64,000 nt of DNA, from the NCBI GenBank assembly GCA_965178125.1, contig OZ237763.1, positions 310,001 through 374,000 of the forward strand. The letters run 5' to 3'. How positions within the stretch are numbered: the stretch's first letter is position 1; each line of letters opens with the position of its first letter. Under the pieces are notes generated by a model. The model was given only the letters and a program-made list of their open reading frames with translations, did no database searches and was not told where the DNA came from. This DNA is from Bilabrum cf. latius. Taxonomy: Eukaryota. Made by a program: the position numbers and the translations under genes. Positions 1 through 14,031 of the stretch are shown here, one piece after another.

Positions 1-3000
1 GCTGATCGTCACGTCGGGCTCGAATCCACCAGCACCAAAACCACGACCGGACACCACCAGTGGCAGTGGTCGCGGTCCATTCGGCGACGACGCATTGGTC
101 CATCGCCAGCTCTGGGGCGGAGCCGTGACGTCAGCCACCACGGGCCACTCCCGTGACAGCAAGGGGGGCCACGGCAGCGGCTCAGATACCGGTAGAGGGA
201 AGGCGCTGTCGCCAGGGGCGGCAAGGCTCTCGCTAGACATGCGCTCCTTCACGTGCGCATCCTAAGCACCTTCAAGGACACCTTCACTCGCTGGCTATCC
301 GTGAAGCAGGCTCTCAACAGATGTCGCTAAACGCTGGCCACAGACCCGTACTTCTATCTCTGTGCCTGTGCCCAGCCCAGGGGGCACGTTGCACTCGATC
401 ACAGCGTCAGACATGACTTCAAGATTCGAGCACAGCCTGCCTCCAATGCGCACTTCGACTGGATTTAGCATCCACGACGGCAGTACTGTGCTTGTGGCGG
501 TGCTGTTTTCGTCCCGCACTGGATCAATGGCAAAGTCAGGGTATGCGAGCAAGCGAGCACCGCTTGCATCCACTGCAGGAAGCGGCAAACTGCCAATGGC
601 ACCGGCAAACAGGTCTGATGCCCCCTGTGGCGAATACGCAAGCGAAGCGATCGAAGCCGCCGCAAGTGACCCAGCACACGCCGCCTCAGTGGGGCTAAGG
701 TCAGTTGCTAGACGCCCGCTATCAGCCGATACATCTACTGCCCTCTATATCCTATCGAATGAGGCGGGGCCAAGGGCGAATCCGCGGCCGTATAGCCTGA
801 GACGATTGCCTGGCGCAGTCGCGAAGAGTGAATCCACCGGTGATGCAGCCGGCGTGCTGCTATTGCCGCCGAACCGCAATTTTCGCACGGCGTGTACTTC
901 CGGCAGTGCGGTGGAGAAGCCCCCAGGCCCCAGCAGGTCCCGCATGCTCGGTGAATGCAAGTCATTAAGCCAGTCAGCACTTATGACCGAAGAAGTCTGC
1001 TGCAGTAGCGCCGATACGTTCAGACCCAGCCCATTCTGAACGGACAAATTATTCAGCAGCTCCGCAGTGACCACGGGCAACGCACCACTCGTACCCCAAG
1101 TTGCAACATGCAGCAGATGATTGATCCCTTGCTGCTGCTGGAACAAACTTGCGTTACTATTCGCCAGGGATGCGAACTGAAGGATGGGTCTAGGTGCCGT
1201 GAGTGCGGACGCATCCCAGCCGTCAAACATACCTCTGTCCGCAAGGCGGGGAAGTGGCACCATAACGCCAACTGAAGGACTGCCGCGACTCGAGGCAGTT
1301 TCTGGTGAGCTCTGTACCGCGTACTACGAGTCCTGAACCGGGCTACGTGTCCGCTCATTCGTTTCTCGGGCTATTTGATCGTCGAACGAGGATGAACCTC
1401 CCACGGACACGGAAACCACGAGCGCTGATCCGGCGACATTCGGAGCTTCGCATCGAACCGAGGTGTCATTGACCCACACCGTTGCACGGCACTCAACACC
1501 ACCCACGTATGCCACGGGTCCGAGGTTGCTGCCGCCAAAGTCCTGCCCGTGGACTTCGATCCAGTATCTGTCGCTAGGATCGCTTCCGTCAGCGAATCGC
1601 ATGGGTTGGGGTGGGGCAGTCCAGGAAGTCACCTGGGGCGGGTTGACCTGAAGAGCAGCTTCCCTACCAGCCACTACTACCCCGAGAGATGCCATCCCAA
1701 TGCCGAGCATTTCTTCGAAGGAAGCATTGCTCAAGCCACGTCGATCAAGCAGCTCAGACCGAGCCAAAGCTTGGACTCTCGGATGAACCACGTGCCCACC
1801 CGAAGATGCAAGGGCAAACAAGCTGGCGTTGCTGATCAAGCGAAGCGGGTGGGCAGGAGGTGGCGCATCGAGGCGCAGCTGAATGCGCCCGTCGACCACC
1901 AACCCGACAGAAGCGCCAGCGACCGCAGGCACGGTGCACTGGGTGCTGATCGCCGCGATGCCGGTCCTAGCCGCGGATGGGGCCGTGAAGAGGTGGGACA
2001 CCGCCACCAAGCCGTCGTACCAGTACCGCCTCCAGATCGAGCTAGATTCACCGCAAGAGATGGAAGAAGCCGCACCTGACGATGTGCGGAGGACCAGGTT
2101 GACGTCGGGCTCATCAACCCAAGAGGAGTTGTCCAGCACGTACGGCCCAAGCGCATCCACCTGCACCTGCACCTGCTCGCCTCCGCGCGCGGGCCAGCAG
2201 CAGGCCCTTCCGGTCGAATCCACCGGAGCAATCGCCTTGTAATCTCCAATCGTGGCATTAAGCTCTGCTTCATCCTACAGCAACCACGAGGCATGGCTAG
2301 ATCGGTCTTCCGCCCAAGCCAGCTACACGCTGTCTCCATTGGATTCCTGCATTGGTCCAGTCACCACGACATGGAACTGGCTTGTCCTCGGGACGAACGC
2401 CACGGGTGCCTACACTCGACCGCTGTGCCCGCCAGAACCGACGAGAAGCTCTGCAGACAGCTGCACCGGCAGCACCAGCCGATCACCGAGCATGGCGCTC
2501 ACAGACAGAGCGCCGGTCAGCCCCTCTACGGTCCCATTAGAGCCGGGATACCAGTCTAGCCCTGAGCTATTCACGCGGACGCGAGTCGGAAGCCTGACAC
2601 CCATTGGGGCACGTGTGCTGGTGCGTAGGGACACCCATAGTGCAGCAGCAGATGCTGCGTCGTCTGCTCCAACCGAGAGACCCAAAGCAGCCGCAGCCCA
2701 TGCTTCTGCCAACGCCGCGTTTGAGGCAGGCATGGCCGCTGATGCAGTCACTGCACGCTCTACCACGGCCATCGTGAGAGCGTCGGTCTCCAGTCCGAGA
2801 GAATCGCGCAGTAGAGCACCCGTGGATCGCGTGACGCACGAGACTGCCCCGTCACCATGGAGTGTCGAATTGGACGAGGCACACAGTGATACATCACCGA
2901 ATGGCGTAGAAACGTTCACTCTGACCTGTACTCCGCCGCTCTCGCTGTCGCCTCCCAGGAACAAACCCCTGAGCACGACTGGCTGGGCCCCCATAGGGTC

Positions 3001-6000
3001 GAGCAATGCAGTCGCTAAGTCCAGCACAGCGTCCGCAGGGACACCCCACCCGCCCGCAATCAGCGATTCGGACGCAATCACCGATGTATTTCCATGCAGA
3101 CCCGCCACCTCATTGACTGCCGCATCCTAGTAATCTCCGAGAAAGAGCGCTGCATCGCGTACCCTGCGGTGCAACACTGCCAGCGATCCCTTCGTGAAAT
3201 CAGTCGGCCAAGCAAAACCAGACGCGGGGACGGGTGGGAAGCCAGCCTGCTGCCCGTTGCCACCCAGCTCGTCCACATCGCTCCGCACGAAAGGCATGCT
3301 GGAGACCCTCGCCCAGCTGCCACTCCCGTACCCTGGCACGATACTACACCCGTGTACCCACGGCAGGAGCCGGGTCACGCTTGGGTCCCAAGTCCTGATG
3401 GCGCCGGGATCCACACCGCTTTGGAAGACCTGGAGTGCGCTGATCACTGGCTGGTGGTAAGAGGCGAACGGCGGCGACTCGATTCCCCACGCAGCTGAGG
3501 CAGCAGATTCATCGCGTTGCACACCAAGCACAGCGGACGCCTACAGAGGCGCACCACGTGCCACTTCGCCGCTCTCCAACGTAGCGTTTGTCGCGGGAAC
3601 CGCGATCGAATCTATGGGTGACGCAGATGGGTCAGAGCTGGCGGTGGCACGGCACACCGAGACAGTCACTGGTATATCCGCTCCGGATCCACTAGAGCTC
3701 TTGCACAGCAGTTCCGTGTCGCTTACAATCTACACCTCAACACAGCTAGCGCTGCCCAGCCACACCTGCCAGCCAGGTGACCCGTCAATTGTTGCGCAGC
3801 CCAGCGACAGCTCCTGCCCGGTGGCCAATTCAGAGCTCATCGGGCCGAAGTTCAACCCCCTGATGCTGATCATCTCACCGCCCATGGTGTCAAGCTTGCT
3901 ATTGCGAGTGCCATTGGCACCCATTGGAAGCGACATAGAGCTGCACGCGTCTGGGCTGAACTCGCTGGCAAGCACCGAATCGTTCGATGGCTGCAGCACA
4001 TTTGCCGACCACAGCTCGGGCGTTGCTCGTGCCACCAGGACGGGTGGCACGACTCCATCCTCCCAGTCAGAAAGGCTGCCCGAAGGCGCACCACGGCCCA
4101 GCGCATTGGCGGAGTCCGCTCCACCCATCTGCACCGACACGTCCCCGGCACCGACGCCAGGAGGCACTTGGCACCAGGCGAAGGACTCGTTCATTCTGAA
4201 GCTGGCAAGGCAGGTCTACCCTCCAAACGACACGTCAAGCGACATCGCAACCGAACCAGGGTCTCCGAAGGCTTCGCCGACCACTCCGATCCAAAGGGGG
4301 GGCAAGCTCGGTAGCGCACCAGCATGCGGCAGTCTGCCCTGCCCAGGTGCAAATGACCCTAAATCCGATGATTGGCGCATCCACTCCTCCAATGGCACCG
4401 AGCCAAAGGCATTCCCGTCGTCAACAAAGCCATCGCACCGCATTGCATCGTCAAGCACAGGGAGGAGACGCTCCACCGACCAGCCCGGGCAGGTACCCAG
4501 AATCTCAGCCTGTGTCGCAGACGCCGCCAGCCGCATTGGGGGCGGCGTGAATTGCTGCGACCCGCTCGAATTCGCGAATCTCGACCTCCTCGGCGGGGCG
4601 AGGACACCCAGCACGGCGGGCGGCTGATAGCTGATCGTGTCGTCTGAGCCAGCATCCAGAACCACCTGGTCCCCGCTGTCCAGAAGCTGCACGGACACCT
4701 ACCGATGTGCACCAAGCCCCGGCGGCACGCTACAAGTCAGATTGGCCACCATGGGCAGCGGGCCACCACCAGCTGGCAGCTCCCACGCAGGGCTCGTGCA
4801 GTCGACGGGCTGTCCACCGGGCACGGCCTGGTTGAGCGAGTCCCTGGGAGCCAGCAAGCTCACACTCAGCCTGTTATTGTTGGTGTCCACGCCGAAATTT
4901 CCGAGCGCCTGTACCTAGATCTTCAGGGTGGTGGGTGCCGCAGCACCCGTGTGCGATAGTGCGGGCCAGCAGCACTTGTGCTCGCCATCCGCGCCGCTGC
5001 TAGGTCGAGGCAGTGGCGCCTAGCTGATGACGGTGGAGAAATACTGCGACTCCCTGGTAGCGTAGGTCAACATGATCGGTCGGGAGCTCGCCCTTGACCT
5101 TCCCGCGAGCTGTACCTCCAGCGGGACTCTTTGGCTGGTGCCGGGCGGTGTCTGCGTGCAGACTATGTGGCTGCTATTCGAAGCAATCACGTTGCCGGGG
5201 CTGCACTGGATCCCGCCAATCGTTACGACCGGCTTGGGGTTAAGCAGAGGATCGCCAAAGAAGGATCCTTTCATGATCAGCCGTTCACCTCCAGCAGGAT
5301 CCAAGGGAAGCACTGGCCTCGTCGACCCAACGAAGGGAATCGACACCTCAAGTGGCGGGTTGCCGCTGCCGGCACGAGGCTCCAGGCGCATAATCTCCAC
5401 GTAGGGCGTCTCGTACTGGGCAACTACAGGCCAGCGCTCCTGCGGCGGGCGCTCTGTTGGCAAAGTTGCCTCAAACTCCATGCCATTGATGGTAATGCCG
5501 GGCATCACGCTGCTCGAGTTGCGGTGGCCGCAAACGGAAACGTTGACTGCAAGGGGTGTGCCATGTCCCGGGGGCACGAGACAAGAGACCAGCCGATCCG
5601 AGTGCCACCACACGTCGGTGCATTCGATCGCAGCTCCTCCCCCGGCTGCTCCGACCGGCGATAGGGTTACTGCTAGCGCGCGAGCCGCGCTCCAAGCCCC
5701 TCCAGCCACCTGTTCCGCTTGCTCTTCCGGGGTACCACTGCCTGGCAGAGATGCGTTGGGTTGCTGCGAAGCTAAAATGATGCTGTTGTACGCGTCTACG
5801 TACTGCATGGCCTGCTAACAGCCCACAGCTGCCGCTTCGAATGGGTCGCTGAGGTTTGCAGGCGAGAAACTCCTGCCGTCAAGCAGCAAGCGCTCGTACC
5901 CGATCGGTCGGATAGCTCTTCGTACATAGTCTTGATGATCCTGCGCAACGGACTGAAACGGATCGCTGACCGAGGGCACGGACATGCCGGGCGGCAAAGA

Positions 6001-9000
6001 CCAAGGCCCGCTGTCGGGCGCAGAGGCAAGGTCTCCCCACGCAAGCTTGGCCCTCCATGCTTCCACGGGCAGCATCTCGGCTGCCGCGGCTGCTTCGTCT
6101 GCAGGCGGTAGCAAGCTCGCAGGAAATGGCCACGTTCTCGCGCCAAAGAACTCAGGCACGGCCGGAGAGAATCCTCCTGCGGCGGCAGGGATCCCTAGCT
6201 CCAGTGACTTCCGCAGATCAAGGGTGGCGGGCGAGCCCGGTGATCCCTGCTCGGCCAGCACGACAGACATATGGTACTCGTGCCCGATCAGATCCGGTGC
6301 CTCGCACCGAAGTACAGAGTCACTGACCCACACGGTTCGTCTGCATTCGACACGGCCAACGTGCACCGTTGGCAATAGATTGGTACCGCCAAAATCCTGC
6401 CCGTGGACTTCGATCCAGTACCTGTCGCTGGAATCGCTGCCGTCTGTGAATCGCATGGGCTGGGGTGGAGCAGTCCAGGACGTCACCAGGGGCGGGTGTG
6501 CCTCGAGGAATTGACCTGACCCAGCGAGCACTGCCACCTCATCTGTGTTCCAACTTGTCGAGCTGCCAATTCCTGCCGCACTGGCATTGCGTATGCTAAG
6601 CCTGGCAGCAACAAGACCGGCGATAGGAGGCATCTCGCAAACAATCTCCGCTTCGAACGTAGGAGAGTCTCTGGTGGCAGGCTGCCAGGTGGCATTGGCA
6701 CAGCTGGACTCGTACGGCTGCACAGATCCGTTCTGGCTGGACAGCGTCAGCTAAATGTTGCCAGATGCGACGTCCGAAGGCAGTGCATACGACCCCAGCG
6801 ACACCACGCGCACCACGGCTTCCAAGGGGGCACTGACTCGCGGACCGGTCGGGTCAGCCGGCCAGCAGCAGGAGGGACCGGGAGCATCGGACACTCCGGC
6901 GGCTACAGTGCCACCAGGGAGTGAGACGATCTCGAGACCTGCTGACGGCCTGTCGCCCGTCTAGGGGGGCAATGCCGTGCCAGGGTACCCCAGCAGCGGC
7001 AACGAGGAAGCAGAAGCCTCCGTGGCAACCAGCCCGAACTGCGTGAACCAGGGCGCGTACGCGATGGGAACCGAAGCAGATAAACCGTCCAGGTCACCAG
7101 CAGAGAGGCCCAGCGCAGCCTCCACGACGACAGGGTAGCTGGATGTGCTGGCCGGTGCGGCAGAGCCGCTGGCCGTGCTCAGCGACTCGCTCATGCACTG
7201 CACGAACGAGTCATTCAGCCGCTGCAGCGTGCCAGCACGGCAGGGAAACTGAATGCTATGGGATCCACGCCCTGCCATAGGGGCGCTGCTCTCTGACACC
7301 AAAACGATCTCGGGGAGGCCAAGAGGCTGCCCCGCCTCGGCATCTGACGGGCCGAAGTACCTTCCCTCAATGAGGAGCTTCTCACCGCCCGCAGGGTCTA
7401 AAAGGAAGGCAGCCGTCTGCAGCGCCGCATTGGCGCCCTCCGACCCCTGGGTGCGAGCAAGAAGCGCACTCCAAGCGGCCTGGGCTCCTTCATCTCCAGG
7501 TGAAGGCAGCAAGCGGCGAGGTGCCTCAAACTGGGCCAGCCCGTCCGCAGAAATGCCCAGGCTGCCCGCCATAGGGAGGACACGGATGGCCGCGCATGTA
7601 GGGGGGCGGAACCAAAACGTGGCTGGCCACGGGGAGGTCGCAGTGGGGGACGTCGCGTTGTGAGCGCGCCCCTGCTCCGTTGAGGCACTGGCATTCGTTG
7701 CCTGCCCGCACACCTCCACCTCGATATCGTAATTTCCACCGATTCCGGGCGGGCTGTTGCAGCTGATCTGATCATCGCTCGTCCACGTAACTCCAGTGCA
7801 CTCAGCAGTGAACTAGCGCCCCCCACCCATATCCCCATGAACCCTCACGCGGACGCCCCCGCACCCCCACACAGTTGGTGGACCCCCGGAAGCGAACGGA
7901 ATGCTCGGATCAATCGAGCCGAAGTTGAGCCCGTGGATGCTGATGATATCACCCAGCGTGTCAAAGCTGGGCCCCACCAGGCCTGGCTAGTCGGAGTCCT
8001 GCACAGACCATACCTCTGGCGCCGCGCACGCAAATCCCAGCGCGCCTGCGGGTGCCGAGCCCGAGTACTCGTCGGTGTCGGCAAAGTCTTCCCGCCCCCA
8101 AGGCTCGTCCGCCGTAGAAACTCGGCCGAGGATCGAAGCGCCGTAGCCTGCTGGTGCGCCCCACGAGCCCTGGTTCTTCACAATGACGGACACCGCGAGG
8201 TCCTTGCCCACCAGGCTGGGTGCCTCGCAGCGCACGAACGTGTCGTTCACCCACACGGTCAAGCGGCACGGCACCTCGCCCACGAACGCAGTCGGCTGCA
8301 AATTGACGCCACCAAAGTCCTGCCCGTGCACCTCGATCCAGTACCTGTCCGCTGCATCAGACGCATCGGCGAAGCGCAGCGGCTGCTCTGGAGCCCTCCA
8401 TGCCGTGACGAGTGGTGGTCTGTAGGAAACGTGCCCCTGGACAGTAACGGCCCGGGACACTGCGGGCTGGAGCAATCCGGCGCCGAGGTCTCCCGGAGCG
8501 ATCACGACAGTGAGGTTCTTTCCCGCGAACGCGGGGGTCACGCAGGTCAGGTTGGCTCCAACAGCGGCATGAGGCGCTTCAAATCCAGCGCTCTCAGCAA
8601 ACTAGACCGATCGGCAGAACTGCCCGCCGGCAGCTTCGACGTCGGCCTGGCCTCGCTAGATGAGTGCCTCCGGCTCACTAATACCGTGTGGCAGCAGCAC
8701 GACCTGCAGACCTTGGGAGGCCTCAGCCGTCGCGTTGATCCTCGCGGTGCCAAAGGCCCTAAGCTCAAACCGAAGCTGCTGGCCGCCCGCTGCATCCAGA
8801 AGCGCCCTCTGGTTCCAGGCATCGCTGCCTTTGACGTGCTCCATACCAGCAGCGCCACGCAGCCAGGCAGCGTACCCCGCCAGCCCCGCAGAGATGATGG
8901 CCCCGTTGTCGTTGCCGTTCGCGTCCTCCGCGTGCGGTGCACCGAGCATGACGAGTGTGCCGACCCTGGCATCCTCCCCCAGCACGGCCACCGCGGGGCC

Positions 9001-10623
9001 CAGCCCGGCATCCACGCCCAGCCGGTCGGCCCCCGCCAGTCCGCTGCTCCTTGCGTCCAGCACGGCGAGGCCCACCTCTGACCTGAGCGGGTCGTCGCTT
9101 CGCGAGTCCAGATTGCCTACTGGCGCCGTTCCACCGAAAGATCCTGCACCACCGTAGCCCTCAGCATCAGTCACTGGATTTGCAAGCACAAACACGCCGC
9201 CGAAGCCGCCATCGTGACCAGACGCCCCGATCAACAGGTCACCAAAGCCGTCGTTGTCCAGGTCAAACCCGCTAGCAAGACTCGATCCTAGCTTGAGACC
9301 GTCCGGGCTGGGTGACAGCCCCTCGATTGCGCTATGACGCTGTAGGAGTGCCCCGATGGGCGCGCTGGCAGGGTCCAGTCTGCGCCATCGAATGGCGGGC
9401 GGCATGGGCGGGGACTGGATCGGGAAGGCCTGGCCACCCGCGGAGTGTGTCTGCTGTGCCACTGACTGCACAATCGACGTGTCGATGACGAAAAGCCACA
9501 CCGCACCCTCTCCCATGTTCCACCCAGGCGACGACACGGCCACGCTGGGTGTGTCGTCCACGGCCAGCACAGACAGCTGCTGCGCCTTCATCGACGTGGG
9601 CCCGCCTTCTGGAGCGCGGTGCTGCTAACCAACGCTGGAAATGACGGCAACCGCTGCGCCAAAGTAGTTCCCTGGTTCATCGGCCACGGCATTCCTAGTA
9701 AGACCTTGCAGAGTTGCGTTGCTGGCGCACATGATCCTACCCGTCGCAAAGCTTCTGTCGAACGCCAGCACGGCCACTGCTCCCACGCTGGTGGCAGCGC
9801 GGTTCCCACCGATCTGCCTTCGCTCCGCCTCTATCTGCGCCGCGTGCTGGGTCGAGCTTACCGGCTGCAGCCCGTCCATCGGCGCGTTCGGTGCCCCTAC
9901 CAGCACCATGGCTGCACCGTTCGGCAGTAGGGAGCCCAGCGGCAGCACGTCAACAGAGGCGCCCAGCCTGGACTGCCGGGGCACCGACATCATGCCCAGC
10001 GTGCCGTTCTCAGGAATCATCCTGACTGCCTGCACGCTCGTGCCGTAGAAATTGAGAGGGTCGTATCCGACGCAGAGCACGCCCCCGGCATTCGTCCCAT
10101 TCGAGGCTGAGTCGGTGTACAGCGGCAAGCCGGCCATCACGAGCGCGTACCCAGGACTCGAACCTGGACCCTCCTGCAGTAAAGCTAGGGACGCACCAAA
10201 GAACGCGTCGGTCTGCAAAATGGAGGAGCCCAGCTGCGCCACGCCGATGCTGGCTGTCGCTCCCCTCGCCCTCACCCTCGGCCCCTGCGTGCCTGGCCCC
10301 GAGCTCAGCTCCAGCCATCTCACCACACCCTCACCGACGTCGCCAGCTCCGGGTATGCCTGCCAGCATGTCCAAGAAGCCGTCACTGTTCTGGTCCCCGG
10401 CAGCAGCGAGCCCTGAGCCGAGCATGAGCGGCTTGCCCCAGCTGACAGACGGGAAATTCGCGTCTCCGTTAGAGAGCACGCTGGACCGGTACACCAGGTC
10501 CAGGAGGAGAGGAGCGCTGGCATTCGGTGACAAATGGGTGAGACCTTCAGGTGTCTAGAGGGCGCCAGCACCTGGAGCTAGAGCGCACACAATTGCTAGG
10601 AGGCAAGCCAGCAGCAGGTGCAT
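1..10623 (-). CDS. Giant secreted/surface protein (>3,540 aa, 3' end beyond window): signal peptide, FG-GAP (integrin-alpha-like beta-propeller) repeats, then multiple IPT/TIG-like domains; requires TAG read as sense
   Basis: ORF-track fragments 295, 745, 1324, 2410, 3127, 3730, 4216, 4699, 5020, 5815, 6961, 7987, 8656, 9625 and 10555 all share one minus frame. I read the gaps and found only TAG interruptions (23), with no TAA or TGA. ATG at 10623 begins MHLLLACLLAIVCALAPGAGA (signal-peptide-like). The frame stays open upstream to 11436, so ATGs at 10734, 10779 or 11388 are alternative starts. Motifs: GDQNSDGFLDMLAGIPG and DLDNDGFGDLLIGASG (FG-GAP); IEVHGQDFGG...VGGVEC...WVNDTSVRCEAP and CxVPPGxG (IPT/TIG). 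Confidence 0.85.
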
Positions 10624-12112
10624 CGGGCCAGAAGCTTCGGCTACTGCGGCTGACGGGAAGGCTGCTCGTCTTGCCTTTGCCCTTGCTTTGCGCTTCCTCC
10701 GCGATTTCACAGCAGAGGAGGCGATCCTACCCATGCTCCACGCATTGCAAACGACCCTGCTTTCAGGTTCTTGCAGCATCCGGTTGACAGAGCATGCCGG
10801 TGCAGGTGCCCCCAATGAGTCAGTCCTCTACCTATGAGAGCCGTCCACAGACATTTTCTATCCAGCGGATGAGCTTAACGCACCATTTGTGCTTCGGGTG
10901 CCGCCGTGCTCGCCTAATGGCAGACCAGAAGGTCCTGCATTGCTGCGTCCCGCTCGTGCAAGACCTATCTCCGACTGGCCAAGAGGAATTTTGGCAGCTC
11001 TTCTCCTACCCAGGTTATGGAACTTATTGCTGTGGCTGCCACTCAATTGCTATCGCTCGCCGTTTGCTGATCCAGGCGTTGGTTGCGTGGTGCTCCAGCA
11101 TTCACGTTGGCTGCGGCGAAATGCATGGACTCGTTGTTCCCGTTCCCCGGTACCAACACCGCAGCAGCCTGACCGACCAACACTTGTGCGCGCAATCGAG
11201 CTGCGAGTCTGAGACTCTGTTCCGGGGAGGGGGGTTGTGCTGCCATCCCTGACGCGGCTGCATTCTGGCTGGGACCATGTGCCATAGCTTTCATGCGCCA
11301 CTTCGGTATTTAAACCTCCCCCTTTCCATTCAAATTCACGACACGGTAATGGAATCATCCAAAACTGGCTGCAAATACTGTTCTGCATCCTTATAAGGAA
11401 GCTGTAGGCCGAAGGGGTCCTGGCTTGCAGCTAGTGTCACGCCAATCCCCACGACTCCCAACAGCGACAAGATCTGAACCAAAAGCTTTGGTATGATTGG
11501 AATATTACTATTGTTCTAATCTTCGCGGGCTGGTCCCAGCAGGGATAGCTTGACTGAGCAGGAAACGTCAATATCGGCGTAGTCGGTTGCGCGTACTTTT
11601 TTGGTGGTTTTATGCTTCATCATCACTAATTGCAAAAGCTTAAAGCCGGTTTTAGATCGCCTCCCCTGATCAACAAAAAATTGCTCCCAGCAAGGGTTGT
11701 CCTATGGGTGCTTTATCTGCTTACCCGAGTCAAGAGCAGAAAGAGGCGTCACTGGAGCCAGTACCGCGAGGCGATGCCATCGGACAGCTCGACCGGAGGC
11801 ACTGCCGCACTGCACTCACGAGTGTCCAAGCCATGCAGACCGACAGGCGCGGGCGGGTACCAACGAGCGACGGCGTGTCAAAAACCCCATCAGATGGGAA
11901 CGGCATGGGTGGACTCAGCCAAGGTGGACGAGCTCAGGGCGATGGGATGTGTTACAGGATGGGAGGCTGGAGCCCCGGGAGTCTGCCGCAGGGCGAAGTC
12001 AGGGAACACACAGGCGCCGGTCAATCTCCATCTACCTCGACTAGCTCGTCAGACAGTGGCGGCAGTCATGCATCACCAGAGTACGCAGTCAGAGTTCTGG
12101 GGCTTTGTGGGG

Positions 12113-12182
12113 GCCGTGGGTACAGGAGCGCCCTGTCAGAGCCGTGGGTACAGGAGCGCCCTGTCAGAGCCGTGGGTACAGG
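12113..12182. repeat. 28-bp tandem repeat, 2.5 copies (gccgtgggtacaggagcgccctgtcaga)
   Basis: Perfect copies at 12113-12140 and 12141-12168, partial copy at 12169-12182. It lies in the intergenic region between the giant FG-GAP/IPT gene and UBC12. Confidence 0.9.
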
Positions 12183-12573
12183 TGGACCTGGTTTGAGCCT
12201 GAACGGTGACCAGGATGGCATCACGGTCACCAAAAGGCACAGAGGACGATGCTATGAGACACCAAATGTTCGTGCACGGTGAGCCCGGCACAGCAGCTGC
12301 TCGAGACTCTGGGATGGGCATGTCTTTGGGGCACGTTGGGACGGACGTACCCCTAGGGCATCAGGGCGAGCAACAGCCAGCGGGGCGCGAGATCGTATGC
12401 TTGGACGCCATGAGCACTCAATCGACCGCAAGTGATCAATACTCCTTCCGTCCAACTTCGGTGGTCCAATAGCACTACAGTGCAATGCATTAATATTTAA
12501 TAACGTAATGTTACAGAAAAATAGGATCTTGGCAAAACCTCTCCAACACCACATATCAGACAAGCAAAACAGT

Positions 12574-13491
12574 ATGATCGCCAGAAAGAAGGCAAAGGCT
12601 GCTGCTGAAAAGGCTGCGAAGGAGGCCGCGGAGAAGGGTAGTGCTGGAGGTTAGTTCTACCATTCTAGAGGTGACGTGTGATAAGCTGATCTGAATCTGA
12701 GAACGACAACATTCAATCTGCATGTGGCAGTAACTTTTATGTAGTACGATAGAATTAGTCCCTTATTTTCACTATTTCCTTGCAGCGGCAACCGGAGGCG
12801 CAGGATCTGCCTCAGGGGGTGCTGGAGGTGGGATTTCAGTGCTTGGACCGTCGTCTGCTTCGGGCGCAAAAGTAGCTGCGACCGCAGCCGTGGTAACGGC
12901 CTCTGCAGGTGAATTGCGAGTTCGGAAGGGTGAGGGTGTGCATATTTGACATCGGAGGGACGCTGATCCGCTCGTTTCGAGTTTTACTTCCCAACAACAG
13001 AATTTGCCACACACTTTTCGGTTGAATTCCCACGCCTGCGCTTCGCAGATTTGGCGGAACTTGACATAGGAAAGAATGCAAAGGTAGAATTCCCGGAAGG
13101 CTCGAGCAAGGTCATGCACCTGCGGGTGACGATCGAGCCCACGGACGGCTTGTGGAAGGGCGGCAAGTACGAGTTCGACGTGAATTTCAAGAAGAGCTAC
13201 CCCCACGACCCGCCCAAGGTGACCCTTGCGACCCCTTGCTACCACCCTAACCTGGACAAGGAAGGTGGGGTGTGCATCAATATCCTGCGAAAGGACTGGA
13301 AGCCCGTGCTCGACCTCAACTCGGTGATCTACGGCATGGTGCTGCTCTTCGAGGAGCCCAACCCGATGGATCCTCTTGACATCAAGGCGGCCGAGCTCAT
13401 GAGGAAGGACAAGGCCAGCTTCGAGAGGAACGTGGAGTCGTCCATGAGGGGCCGATCTGTCGACGGGAGGACCTTCCCGAGGTTCAAGTGA
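12574..13491 (+). CDS. UBC12: NEDD8-conjugating E2 enzyme Ubc12/UBE2M, 3 exons (12574-12649, 12786-12929, 13049-13491), ~220 aa
   Basis: The spliced product reads SAGELRVRK-D-LAELDI...YHPNLDKEGGVCINILRKDWKPVL...LFEEPNPMDPL. This matches the Ubc12 signatures (LRxxKDxxEL; HPNIDxEGxVCLNILREDWKPVL) with the catalytic Cys intact. GT-AG introns at 12650-12785 and 12930-13048 keep the frame. Stop codon is TGA. Confidence 0.92.
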
Positions 13492-14031
13492 CCTTCGCTG
13501 TGGTGGTGCGGAGCTGTGTAGGATGGTGGTCACTGAATGTTGACATGCGTCGATGGTCGAGTGTTCTCAAAATACGCAAAGCGTTGTACAATTTGTTGTG
13601 GTGCCACAACACAGTTAGTCGTTTCCATCGAAATAAGCACAACTGCACGACACGGGCCCGGCTCCACTGACACGGATCCGGAAACATAGCGCTGTGGCCA
13701 TTGCGGTTTGGGCACTGCCATCGGCAGCGAGTTGTCTACGAAGTACGATCTGCCAGCAGTGCTAGTACTCTCGCTGGAATCGACCGCGGGTAGATCTGCC
13801 TCCAGATCCATCAATTACGGAACAGGCCATCACTGTTTGCGCGGCGCCAATTCAAACGGCAACTGCACACGTTCAAGGCCCTTTCGTGAGAAATAACTCC
13901 AACTGTCGCCGACCAAGTCTACAATAATCATTTGCGCCGGATATTTTCGGACGACTGCGTATCTTAACCGCACCAGCATTCATTTTCAGGTGTGTTTTGC
14001 AGTCACCCTACTTTCCAGCAGATTTCAAGCC

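Noticed and set aside
12113-12182. 28-bp direct repeats as a possible CRISPR array
   Set aside because: The repeats are head-to-tail with no spacers, no cas genes are present, and the context is eukaryotic.
11630-12472. ORFs 11630-12196, 11704-12282 and 12206-12472 (+) upstream of UBC12
   Set aside because: There is no recognisable domain, and a 28-bp (non-triplet) tandem repeat runs through them. A small gene or decayed element cannot be excluded, but it is unsupported.
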